From the NCBI GenBank assembly GCA_045649505.1, contig JAZRQA010000061.1:7235-71234 (forward strand): 64,000 nucleotides of DNA, read 5' to 3'. Each line of letters begins with the position of its first letter. Positions within the stretch are counted from its first letter, which is position 1. The notes below the pieces were generated by a model. That model saw only the letters and a list, made by a program, of their open reading frames with translations. It was not told the DNA's origin and searched no databases. Both the position numbers and the translations under genes were made by a program. The stretch comes from Acutalibacteraceae bacterium (GTDB taxonomy: Bacteria > Bacillota > Clostridia > Oscillospirales > Acutalibacteraceae). This document shows, piece after piece, positions 46,685 through 55,581 of the stretch.

Positions 46685-46713
46685 TTGACAAATAATTTCA
46701 CTTATGATATAAT
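46685..46713 (+). promoter_or_regulatory. Sigma-A type promoter of T-box leader 3
   Basis: TTGACA, 17-nt spacer, TG-n-TATAAT. Confidence 0.65.
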
Positions 46714-46719
46714 ACATAA

Positions 46720-46992
46720 AAATTTTTGAAATGCTATGAAGGAATTATTTTTGATTCTCCCCTTCCTTTCAGAGAGCTGCTGTTTGGTGCAAGGCGGTAG
46801 GAAGCGAACCGAAAAGTCTCATTCCGGAGCAGAGCGGCTGAAAATTAAGTTAAGCTGCTACGGTTTGCCCCGTTATCTTGGCAGAAGGCTTGTTAGAGCC
46901 TTAGTGAGTGACCGTGTTATACGGTAATCAGGGTGGTACCGCGAATTATTATTCGTCCCTGAGGTTGGATGTCCCGGCCTCAGGGACTTTTT
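46720..46992 (+). promoter_or_regulatory. T-box riboswitch leader 3 (specifier read as CUC, Leu)
   Basis: GA motif (TATGA..GGA), AGAGAG, GGTGCAA, core AATCAGGGTGGTACCGCG (46926-46943). Terminator is GTCCCTGAGG-N13-CCTCAGGGAC plus T5 (46955-46992). CTC at 46818-46820 is followed by A and then the TTCC lower helix. Confidence 0.9.
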
Positions 46993-47031
46993 ATGTGGTA
47001 AAAAAATTAGCGCGAAAGGTCGAAGAAAGAA

Positions 47032-48411
47032 ATGCAAAAAATCAAAATTATTGACAACACTCTTGCAAGAGAAAACGGCACTTTTTCTTTTAAGGAAAAA
47101 ATTGAGATTGCCCGTCAGCTTGAAAAATTAAATGTCGACACCATTGAACTTAGCGAAATTGAGAATGAGCACACCGATATTCTTCTTGTGCGCACCCTTT
47201 CTTCATTTGTTAAAAACAGTACCGTTTCGGTTGGAGCAGGCTCCGATGCAAAGAGTATTGAAAACGCCGCAGCTGCTCTTAGCGGCACTAATAATCCTTG
47301 TATCCGAATTGAGCTTCCCCTCTCCACTGTCGGTATGGAATATATCAGTCGCAAAAAGGCGCCTAAGATGCTCGAATGGATTAGCGAGTGCGTTACCGCC
47401 GCTAAGAAGAAGTGCAGCGAGGTTGAATTTTGCGCGGTAGACGCTACACGCGCCGATAAGGATTTTTTAATTACAGCCATTGACACTGCCGCCAAGGCGG
47501 GTGCAACAAGAATTTGTATTTGTGACAGCACAGGAAATATGATGCCTGATGATTTTGCCGCCTTTGCCAGCGAGGTTAAGGCAACTACAAATCTACCTGT
47601 AGGTGTAAAATGTAACAACAAAAACGGTCTTGCCGTTGCTCAGGCAATTCTCAGCGCAAGGCAGGGTATTGAATATGTTAAGGCGCAGGTAGGCTGTGAG
47701 GGTGTTGATCTTGAAATCTTTTCCGATATGGTTAAAAACTGCGGAAATGACTACGGCTTTTACTGCGATATAAAAACCACCGAGCTTCACAGGATAATTA
47801 ATCAGATTAAGTGGATTAGTGAAAATGCAAAAAGTGATAATTCGGCAATGCGCGTAGGCACAATTGAAGAATGGGGTATTCATCTTGATGCAAAGGATGA
47901 TATTGCCGCCGTTACCGCCGCCTCTAAAAAGCTTGGTTATGACCTTTCGGAGGAGGACTGTGCCAAGGTTTACGAAGAATTTTGCCGTGTTGCCGATAAA
48001 AAAGATGTAGGCGCTAAAGAGCTTGAAGCCATTATAGCAAGCGTTGCTTTGCAGGTGCCCGCCACCTATAAGCTTATAAACTATGTTGTAAACAGCGGTA
48101 ATATTATTTCTACAAGCGCACAGCTTACCTTAGAAAAGGACGGCAAGGAAATTCAGGGTGTACAGATGGGTGACGGTCCTATTGATGCCGCATTTAAAGC
48201 TATTGAGGGCATTATTGGCTGTCATTTTGAGCTTGATGATTTCCAAATTCAGTCGGTTACCGAGGGTAAGCAGGCACTTGGCAGTGCCATTGTTAAACTG
48301 CGTTCAAGCGGAAAGCTTTACTGCGGCAACGGTATCTCTACTGATATTATAGGAGCAAGTATTCGCGCATATATAAGCGCCGTTAATAAGATTGTTTACG
48401 AGGAGGCGTAA
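47032..48411 (+). CDS. 2-isopropylmalate/citramalate synthase homologue with degenerate active site and intact LeuA_dimer regulatory domain
   Basis: Aligns with LeuA over its full length. However, TLRDGEQ is replaced by TLARENG, HxHxxD by KCNNKNG, and GERAGN by GCEGVD. The C-terminal domain is conserved (GDGPIDAAFKAIE..SVTEG.QALG..V.L...G....G.G.STDII.AS..AY..A.NKI). Confidence 0.7.
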   Translation: MQKIKIIDNTLARENGTFSFKEKIEIARQLEKLNVDTIELSEIENEHTDILLVRTLSSFVKNSTVSVGAGSDAKSIENAAAALSGTNNPCIRIELPLSTVGMEYISRKKAPKMLEWISECVTAAKKKCSEVEFCAVDATRADKDFLITAIDTAAKAGATRICICDSTGNMMPDDFAAFASEVKATTNLPVGVKCNNKNGLAVAQAILSARQGIEYVKAQVGCEGVDLEIFSDMVKNCGNDYGFYCDIKTTELHRIINQIKWISENAKSDNSAMRVGTIEEWGIHLDAKDDIAAVTAASKKLGYDLSEEDCAKVYEEFCRVADKKDVGAKELEAIIASVALQVPATYKLINYVVNSGNIISTSAQLTLEKDGKEIQGVQMGDGPIDAAFKAIEGIIGCHFELDDFQIQSVTEGKQALGSAIVKLRSSGKLYCGNGISTDIIGASIRAYISAVNKIVYEEA

Positions 48412-48413
48412 AA

Positions 48414-50921
48414 ATGAAATTTTCCTTTTCAACAAAGGGTTGGCACGAAAGCACATTTGATGATTTCTGCCGTGTAGCACAGGAGCTGAAATTTGAAGGC
48501 ATTGAGCTGCACAACATTTATAACCGCCTCTTTACCGATAGGGACGGTGCTTTCCACGACTATACCGCCGCGGCTACTGTCCGCCGTCTTTATGAACGCA
48601 AGCTGACTCTTCCCTGTATTGACACCGTATGTAATATTGCCCGCGACGATATTGATTCCTGTTTAAAAGAAATCGGTGCCTGTGCTCAAATTGCAAAAAA
48701 TCTTCACATCCCCTGCATTCGTTTAAAGGCAACCGCTAATATCGGCGACCAAGATGCTACGCAACACCTTTGCGCAATTATAGAGAAGGCTCTACCCGAG
48801 GCAACCGATTTAGGTATTACCCTTTTACTTGAAACATCGGGTCTTTTTGCCGATACCAAGGCACTGCGTGTTATACTTGACAGCTTTGCAAGTGATAATT
48901 TAGCCGCTCTGTGGAATTTATCTGCCGCGTATTTTGAATTTGGAGAGGACGCCGACACCGTTATTAAGAACCTTGGTGCCTATGTACGCCATGTTCATTT
49001 CAGCGATGCGATAAAATCAGATGATGAGATAACCTACTGTCTTGCAGGCGAGGGCACGCTTCCCATAAAGGAAATGATGCTTGCTCTACGCTCGGTGAAC
49101 TATGATGGCTTTATCTCCCTTGTTTGGGACCCTACATGGTGCAGTGAACTCGACGATATGGAGATAATTTTCTCACAGTTTGTTAACTTTATGAAACAGT
49201 TTGCCGATACCTCCAGGAATGAGTCCACCCTTTATTACAACAGGGCGCATACGGGTAAGTATGTATGGAAAAAGGACCTGCTGATTGACGCCACCTTTTC
49301 ACAGGTGCTTGACCGTATGGTTGAGGAATTCCCCGACCAATATTGCTTTAAATACACAACCCTTGACTATACCCGTACCTATAGCGAGTTCAGAGATGAC
49401 GTTGACACCTTCGCCCGCGCTCTTATCAGTATGGGTGTTAAGGCGGGTAGCAAGGTTGCAGTTTGGGCGAGCAACGTACCGCAGTGGTATATTGCTTTTT
49501 GGGCAACCACAAAAATAGGCGCGATACTGGTTACCGTAAACACCGCCTATAAAATCCACGAGGCTGAATATCTGTTAAAGCAGTCTGATACACACACTCT
49601 GATTATGACGCAGGGTGCTAAGGACACCGATTACGGTAAAATAATAGCACGACTGTGCCCCGAACTTGAAAATTTAAAGGCGGGACAGTCACTGCACAGC
49701 AAAAAACTGCCCTTCCTGCGCAATGTTATAACAGTTGGATTTAGGCAAAGAGGCTGTATGACCTGGAGCGAAGCTGTTGCCCGTTCTTCGCAGGTGCCTG
49801 CCTCCGAGGTCTACCGTATGGCGGCCACCGTGGATAAGGACGATGTATGCAATATGCAGTACACATCGGGAACCACGGGATTCCCAAAGGGTGTTATGCT
49901 CACCCATTATAATGTTGTTAATAACGGCAAATATATCGGCGACCATATGGACCTTTCCACAGCCGACCGTATGATGATACAGGTGCCAATGTTCCACTGC
50001 TTCGGTATGGTACTTTCTATGACCGCAAGTATGACCCACGGTACAACAATGTATCCCCTGCCCTATTTCTCACCAGGGCCCGCGCTTTCCTGTGTGCACA
50101 ATGAGCATATCACCGCCTTTAACGGTGTTCCCACTATGTTTATTGCAATGATGCAGCACGCCGATTTTGCAAAAACCGATTTTTCGCATATGCGTGTTGG
50201 TATTATGGCAGGCTCAAACTGCCCTGCAGACCTTATGAAAAAGGCCACGCAGGTTATGAATATGACCGAAATCGTATCGGTTTACGGTCAGACCGAGGCT
50301 AGTCCGGGTTGCACTATGAGTAGCTACTACGATTCTCTTGAGGTGCGTACCGAAACTGTCGGAAGCGCTTTTGCCAATGTTGAGTGTAAGATAGTCGACC
50401 CCGAAACGGGCGAGGACTGCGATGTTGGTGTAACGGGTGAATTTGTCGCCAGGGGCTACAATATCATGAAGGGATATTACAAAATGCCCACCGCTACTGC
50501 CGAGGCTATTGATAAGGACGGTTGGCTCCATACAGGTGACCTTGCCTGTAAAACGGCTGAGGGAAACTATCTTATTACAGGCAGACTTAAGGATATGATA
50601 ATCCGCGGCGGCGAAAATATTTATCCTAAGGAGATAGAGGAGTTTATCTACACCAATAATAAGGTAAGCGACGTTCAGGTTATAGGCGTTCCCGACGAGC
50701 AGTACGGCGAGGAGATAATGGCGTGTATTATCCTTAAAAAGGGCGAAAGTATGACCGAGCAAGAGATGAGGGCATATATCTCCGCCAATATGGCAAGGCA
50801 CAAGGTGCCACGATATATTCAATTTATGGATAGTTTTCCGATGAATGCCGCAGGAAAGATTTTAAAATACAAAATGCGCGAGGATGCCGCACAGCGTTTA
50901 GGATTGAAGGCAGATAAATAA
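48414..50921 (+). CDS. Fusion of a xylose-isomerase-like TIM barrel (AP_endonuc_2) with a FadD/ACSF2-like AMP-forming acyl-CoA ligase
   Basis: TIM barrel at aa 1-~263 (FEGIELH, LLLETSG, YVRHVHFSD). Ligase at aa ~290-835 (QYTSGTTGFPKGVMLTH, YGQTE, WLHTGD, GRLKDMIIRGGENIYP, AGKILK). Confidence 0.8.
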   Translation: MKFSFSTKGWHESTFDDFCRVAQELKFEGIELHNIYNRLFTDRDGAFHDYTAAATVRRLYERKLTLPCIDTVCNIARDDIDSCLKEIGACAQIAKNLHIPCIRLKATANIGDQDATQHLCAIIEKALPEATDLGITLLLETSGLFADTKALRVILDSFASDNLAALWNLSAAYFEFGEDADTVIKNLGAYVRHVHFSDAIKSDDEITYCLAGEGTLPIKEMMLALRSVNYDGFISLVWDPTWCSELDDMEIIFSQFVNFMKQFADTSRNESTLYYNRAHTGKYVWKKDLLIDATFSQVLDRMVEEFPDQYCFKYTTLDYTRTYSEFRDDVDTFARALISMGVKAGSKVAVWASNVPQWYIAFWATTKIGAILVTVNTAYKIHEAEYLLKQSDTHTLIMTQGAKDTDYGKIIARLCPELENLKAGQSLHSKKLPFLRNVITVGFRQRGCMTWSEAVARSSQVPASEVYRMAATVDKDDVCNMQYTSGTTGFPKGVMLTHYNVVNNGKYIGDHMDLSTADRMMIQVPMFHCFGMVLSMTASMTHGTTMYPLPYFSPGPALSCVHNEHITAFNGVPTMFIAMMQHADFAKTDFSHMRVGIMAGSNCPADLMKKATQVMNMTEIVSVYGQTEASPGCTMSSYYDSLEVRTETVGSAFANVECKIVDPETGEDCDVGVTGEFVARGYNIMKGYYKMPTATAEAIDKDGWLHTGDLACKTAEGNYLITGRLKDMIIRGGENIYPKEIEEFIYTNNKVSDVQVIGVPDEQYGEEIMACIILKKGESMTEQEMRAYISANMARHKVPRYIQFMDSFPMNAAGKILKYKMREDAAQRLGLKADK

Positions 50922-51733
50922 TGGTACAGGACAAATATTTTGTTATAGATGCTCACTGCCATATTTATCCCCAAAAGATAGTGGAAAAGGCAGTAGCAGG
51001 TACCGATAACTTTTATGGTGTTAAGTCGGAATGCTACGGTACCTATACCGATTTAATAAACTGCGGCGCCGCGTGCGGGATTGACCTCTTTATAGTTCAG
51101 TCGGTTGCCACAACGCCGAAGCAGGTGCAAAGCATAAACGACTTCATTGCCGAGAGTGTTGCACAACATCCCCACAGGCTCACCGGTCTTGGTACCCTTC
51201 ACCCCGATAGCGAGGATATTGCGGGGGATGCGAAGCATATTCTTTCCCTTGGTCTTCACGGGGTAAAGATTCACCCAGACATTCAGCGTTTTGCTTTGGA
51301 TGATGAAAAATGTCTTGAAATGTATAGAGTTTGTGAGGAGTACGCTCTGCCTATGCTTATTCACACAGGGGATAACCGCTATGATTTTTCTAATCCCAAC
51401 CGTCTTATCCCCGTACTTCGCGCCTTCCCCCGTTTAACGGTGGTGGGCGCCCACTTTGGCGGATTTTCGGTGTGGCAGGAAGCGGCAGAAAAGCTTTACA
51501 AGATAGATAACTTTTTTGTTGATTGCTCCTCTACCTTTCCCTTTATCGGTGTGGATGCCGCAAGGCCTCTTGTAAGCAAATTTACCCCTGATAAAATTCT
51601 TTTCGGCACCGATTATCCTATGTGGGCACCCGATAAGGAGATTAAACGCTTTTTATCCCTTAATTTAAGTGAAAAAGACAACCAAAAAATATTCAGTGAA
51701 AATGCTAAAAAGGTGTATAGGCTCGATTTTTAA
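50921..51733 (+). CDS. Amidohydrolase_2-family TIM-barrel metal-dependent hydrolase/decarboxylase
   Basis: 270 aa. Motifs include IDAHCHIYP, GVKIHPD, HTG and LFGTDYPMW. ATG overlaps the upstream stop. Confidence 0.75.
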   Translation: MVQDKYFVIDAHCHIYPQKIVEKAVAGTDNFYGVKSECYGTYTDLINCGAACGIDLFIVQSVATTPKQVQSINDFIAESVAQHPHRLTGLGTLHPDSEDIAGDAKHILSLGLHGVKIHPDIQRFALDDEKCLEMYRVCEEYALPMLIHTGDNRYDFSNPNRLIPVLRAFPRLTVVGAHFGGFSVWQEAAEKLYKIDNFFVDCSSTFPFIGVDAARPLVSKFTPDKILFGTDYPMWAPDKEIKRFLSLNLSEKDNQKIFSENAKKVYRLDF

Positions 51734-51741
51734 AGAAAAAG

Positions 51742-51780
51742 CAGTGCATTATGAACGATTTCATAATGCACTGTTTTTTT
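51742..51780. terminator. Bidirectional terminator between convergent operons
   Basis: 13-bp perfect stem CAGTGCATTATGA / TCATAATGCACTG with a 6-nt loop and T7. Confidence 0.85.
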
Positions 51781-51781
51781 A

Positions 51782-54532
51782 TTAGCTATTAAACGAACTG
51801 ACCGTTATGCCTCTTTCCTCACCGTTAAGAATAGCTTCAATATCTCTTTCCTCACCGGGATACAGCAGGAAAAAGTTGTCACTTAAAACAATTCGTGTTC
51901 TGACATCCTTAGTATCTATTACAACAGGATATGCAGGAACACTTCCTTCATTTTTTACCTTCACACGCAAATTAACAAAGTTGTCATCGGCAAGTTCGCT
52001 GATAACCTTAAAGGAAAGCTTTGCCTTCGGAGCATTCGTGAGTTGGGGCTTAAGCCAGGGACCGTCTTTGAATAAAATATTCTCCTGTGCGTCTGCTCGT
52101 TGATTGGCAAGAATTTCTTCATCCTCAAGTATGCTCAGCACTTTTGGGAAGTATATGCTTTCTCCGCAAAGTTCTCCGTTTGTTATAAATCGAACACAAA
52201 TTAAGAAATATTTATCTGCCCAATCTTTAGGAACCTCAAAGTTATAGGTAGATATATCATTACAGCCGTGCTTTAATTTTTCTACCGTTACCTCTTCACG
52301 CCTTACTATATTGAGATTTGGGTCAATTATTGCTATATCTAATGTGTTACGAGAAGATTCTTCCCTTTCGCTCATAATTTTAAGCGGTAGGTCTATTATC
52401 TCGCTTGGCACCAGATTATTATGCTCAAAAGCAATAAATGGATGGATACTCTCATATGCGCGTTTAACAGCATAATACTGTGCTTCCGGATTACCGTAAC
52501 CGTCAACAAGCTGAATTGCCGCGGTAGGCCACGGACGGTTAAATACCCAAGGCATTATTCCTGCTGTTATGGGATAATTTTCCATTATGCTCTCAATCAT
52601 TATAAGATAAAATTCATAAGCCGAAAGCTGTGTTGCATCGGTTAGATCCTTAACACTTATGTCTTCTATATCACATATATGAGATGCACGCGAAAGCATT
52701 CTGGGCACTCTTGTGGGATCAAATTCATTGAAATGATTTCTAAATGCAGGGAATTGGTTAGAAAAGTCTTCGCTGAAAATATTTCTTAATCCCTTACTAA
52801 TTTCCTCCTCAGGAATAACTTGCTTGAGAGTTTTATAGGTAGGGAAATTATGTATTCCGCTTTCTGATATAAAGGGAAGCTGTTTATAAATATGTCTATA
52901 CCACGTAGGCTCCATATCCCTATAAGGATGAATATCTCCGCCGTCTTGACATGAGGCATAGAAAATTCTGTCAGGAGCAAACAAATCTTTGACATTTTGT
53001 ATGGTAAACATCGAGGCGGCATTGTATTTTGAAAGGGGATTAAATTCGTTTCCGCCGCACCATACCGTAAACGAAGGATGATTTCTTATTCTGCAAATAT
53101 TATAAGTAAGCTGTGTTCTTAATATATCAGGATCCCAATACCGTGTGACTTGGTTAGCTATAGGACAATCCTGAAACACCATTATTCCGTACTTATCGCA
53201 AAGCTCGTAGAATTTATCAGATTCGGGAACTCCGCCTCCGCTCCATACTCGCATCATTTGTATCCCCGCATTTGCGGCAAGCTTTATAAACCACTCATAA
53301 TCCTTATTTTTTCCTTTGAGCATTTGATCAATAGGCGCCATATTCATTCCTTTTAAGAACATTTTCTCGCCATTGACCACAAACTGAAATTTGCTCCAGC
53401 GCGGCAAAAACTTCTCGCCCTCATTATCGGTTACTTCTACCGTGCGGATACCTGTTTTAAAGGACTGAGTATCGCATAAAATATCTTCGTTATAAAGTTT
53501 TAAGGAAATTTCGTATAAAGGTTGCTTTCCCCTTCCTATAGGATACCATAAAAACGGATTTTCGATTTCTATTGTTTTTCTTACAAAGCGGTAGCTGAGA
53601 TACTCAGGCTTTAATTTTGTCATACTAAGGTCAAACATTTTTACATTTTCTCTTAAATGGTAAACCACCGCTTTGTTTGGTGCCGTCAAGGTAATTTCAA
53701 TACTTATGTTTTCGTCGGAGAAACTGTCTGTAAGCTTATCTAAGGTGGATTCCATAGGACTCCATAAGCGACGGGCGTTATATGTCGAAAGGTATCCCTT
53801 TTTTTCATCCATATACTTATTTGTTATCGGTATTTCCAGTTTTAAAATTGCCTTGTTATCCTTTATTGAATCGGCAAAAATATAAGGATTTGTAATATGA
53901 TACTTGTTTAAAAACTCAATACGTACCCCACGCCAAATTCCTATAACGCAAAAATGGCCGTTTGAAGTGAGCTTGTCATTTGAAAGATACCACGGCACAA
54001 TAGCATCTGTTTCCACAAGATTACTCGGTTGCCCATATACTATATCTTCGGGTTTAAACTCTTTGTGTGTAAAGCCATAGTTAAATGCTGTACATTCTAC
54101 AACAAGTGTATTTTCACCTGTATTTATATGCTCTGATACCTCAATAACGGGACCACCCAACATTCCTTCGTGGTTACCGAGTAAAACGCCGTTAAGCCAA
54201 ATTCGGCTGTAATAAGCAAGACCGTCAAAGCACAAATATGCAATGTCCTCTTTATTTTCCTCTTTAACAGTAAATTCCTTTTTGAAATACCATACCTTAC
54301 TGTTCATAAACTCATACAAAGCACTGTTTGTATCTTCGTAAGGATGAGGTAAAATACCGGCCTCGTAGAGGCACCAGCCTGCCGCTTGCGGAATTGTTGC
54401 CGAATACTTATAATCAAGCTCTTGCACATCTTCAGTTCGTGCATCTACACATGTGAAATCCCATACCGAATCAAGCGGCAAATGCTTTTCACCTTCACGC
54501 GGTTCAATATATAAATTCTTATTCAGTTCCAT
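51782..54532 (-). CDS. GH2-family glycoside hydrolase (beta-mannosidase / exo-glucosaminidase-like), cytoplasmic
   Basis: 916 aa with no signal peptide. Sugar-binding N-domain (VWLNGVLLGNHEG). Candidate acid/base in WCGGNEF and candidate nucleophile in FISESGIH. Confidence 0.8.
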   Translation of the reverse strand: MELNKNLYIEPREGEKHLPLDSVWDFTCVDARTEDVQELDYKYSATIPQAAGWCLYEAGILPHPYEDTNSALYEFMNSKVWYFKKEFTVKEENKEDIAYLCFDGLAYYSRIWLNGVLLGNHEGMLGGPVIEVSEHINTGENTLVVECTAFNYGFTHKEFKPEDIVYGQPSNLVETDAIVPWYLSNDKLTSNGHFCVIGIWRGVRIEFLNKYHITNPYIFADSIKDNKAILKLEIPITNKYMDEKKGYLSTYNARRLWSPMESTLDKLTDSFSDENISIEITLTAPNKAVVYHLRENVKMFDLSMTKLKPEYLSYRFVRKTIEIENPFLWYPIGRGKQPLYEISLKLYNEDILCDTQSFKTGIRTVEVTDNEGEKFLPRWSKFQFVVNGEKMFLKGMNMAPIDQMLKGKNKDYEWFIKLAANAGIQMMRVWSGGGVPESDKFYELCDKYGIMVFQDCPIANQVTRYWDPDILRTQLTYNICRIRNHPSFTVWCGGNEFNPLSKYNAASMFTIQNVKDLFAPDRIFYASCQDGGDIHPYRDMEPTWYRHIYKQLPFISESGIHNFPTYKTLKQVIPEEEISKGLRNIFSEDFSNQFPAFRNHFNEFDPTRVPRMLSRASHICDIEDISVKDLTDATQLSAYEFYLIMIESIMENYPITAGIMPWVFNRPWPTAAIQLVDGYGNPEAQYYAVKRAYESIHPFIAFEHNNLVPSEIIDLPLKIMSEREESSRNTLDIAIIDPNLNIVRREEVTVEKLKHGCNDISTYNFEVPKDWADKYFLICVRFITNGELCGESIYFPKVLSILEDEEILANQRADAQENILFKDGPWLKPQLTNAPKAKLSFKVISELADDNFVNLRVKVKNEGSVPAYPVVIDTKDVRTRIVLSDNFFLLYPGEERDIEAILNGEERGITVSSFNS

Positions 54533-54654
54533 AATATTACCTCCTTAATTATAATAGTACAAATTTAATAAAGACGAGTCAACATTTTTCATATTACGAA
54601 AAACCATTGACTTGACAAGGTATGTGTTGTATACTGAAAAAGAGGTGAAAAATA

Positions 54655-55419
54655 ATGTCTAATTGCGTTGAAAAGACAATGCTTATTTTAAGAGCAATAT
54701 CAGACTGCCACGGTTCACCTATGTCACTTAACTGTATCTGTGAAAAAACGCAAATAAACAAAAGCACCGCCTCTCATATAATTAAAACCTTGTGTGACAG
54801 CGGTTATATGCAAAGAATTTCTAAAAATATAGGTTACTTACCAGGTCCTGAGCTATTCTTCCTCACAAGATACGGAAGCTACTCACAGGATGTTCTGCAA
54901 ATAAGTCATCCTTTACTCGAGTGGTTACACGAAAAAACGCATGACACCGTTATTTTTGCCATAATGAAAAACGAAAGAAAATATATTATAGATCGAGTTA
55001 TAGGCAATCTAGATTATTTGGATAAAAAAGCGGATATTCTAAACGATAATCTATTTAAAACTGTGACAGGAAGAATCCTTCTTGCACATCTTCCTGAATA
55101 TGAAGCCGCAACCATTTACCGAAATAATAAACATAAAATCATTATAGATTGGCCTGAAGCTAATACAGAGTCTAAATATATGCGCCAATTAAGTATAATA
55201 AAATCTCTTCCTGTATATTTTGTGAGAATAAAATCTGAGAATAAAACGCTTGAATCCTTCGCAACTGCAGTTATGCATAACGGGAAATGCATAGGCTCTT
55301 TAGGCGGTGTAATCACTATAGATGAGGGGAGCCCCTCCACTAATGATAAAGTTCTTCAAGAAATTTTCTGTTCTTTACTCAAATGTGCAAAGGAAATAGC
55401 AAGAAGAATAACATTTTGA
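54655..55419 (+). CDS. IclR-family transcriptional regulator
   Basis: 254 aa. N-terminal winged HTH (LILRAIS...MSLNCICEKTQINKSTASHIIKTL) and a C-terminal effector domain. AT-rich and divergent from the GH2 gene. Confidence 0.7.
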   Translation: MSNCVEKTMLILRAISDCHGSPMSLNCICEKTQINKSTASHIIKTLCDSGYMQRISKNIGYLPGPELFFLTRYGSYSQDVLQISHPLLEWLHEKTHDTVIFAIMKNERKYIIDRVIGNLDYLDKKADILNDNLFKTVTGRILLAHLPEYEAATIYRNNKHKIIIDWPEANTESKYMRQLSIIKSLPVYFVRIKSENKTLESFATAVMHNGKCIGSLGGVITIDEGSPSTNDKVLQEIFCSLLKCAKEIARRITF

Positions 55420-55581
55420 TAATATCAAAGGAAGCTACGGCGATATAAGAATGTCCGAAGCTTTCTTTTTTTATGTATTTGTTCACCTATTGTCAATGGA
55501 CAATAGGTCGTCCTACCAACCTTTGCAATAAAAAGTTTGAAAAGAAATTCAAAATTTACTAACCTTTTAAGTTTGACATAT

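Noticed and set aside
55486-55507. Perfect 9-bp hairpin CCTATTGTC-aatg-GACAATAGG in the IclR/esterase intergenic region
   Set aside because: It has no adjacent U-run on either strand and no second copy in the window. There is not enough evidence to call it a terminator or an operator.
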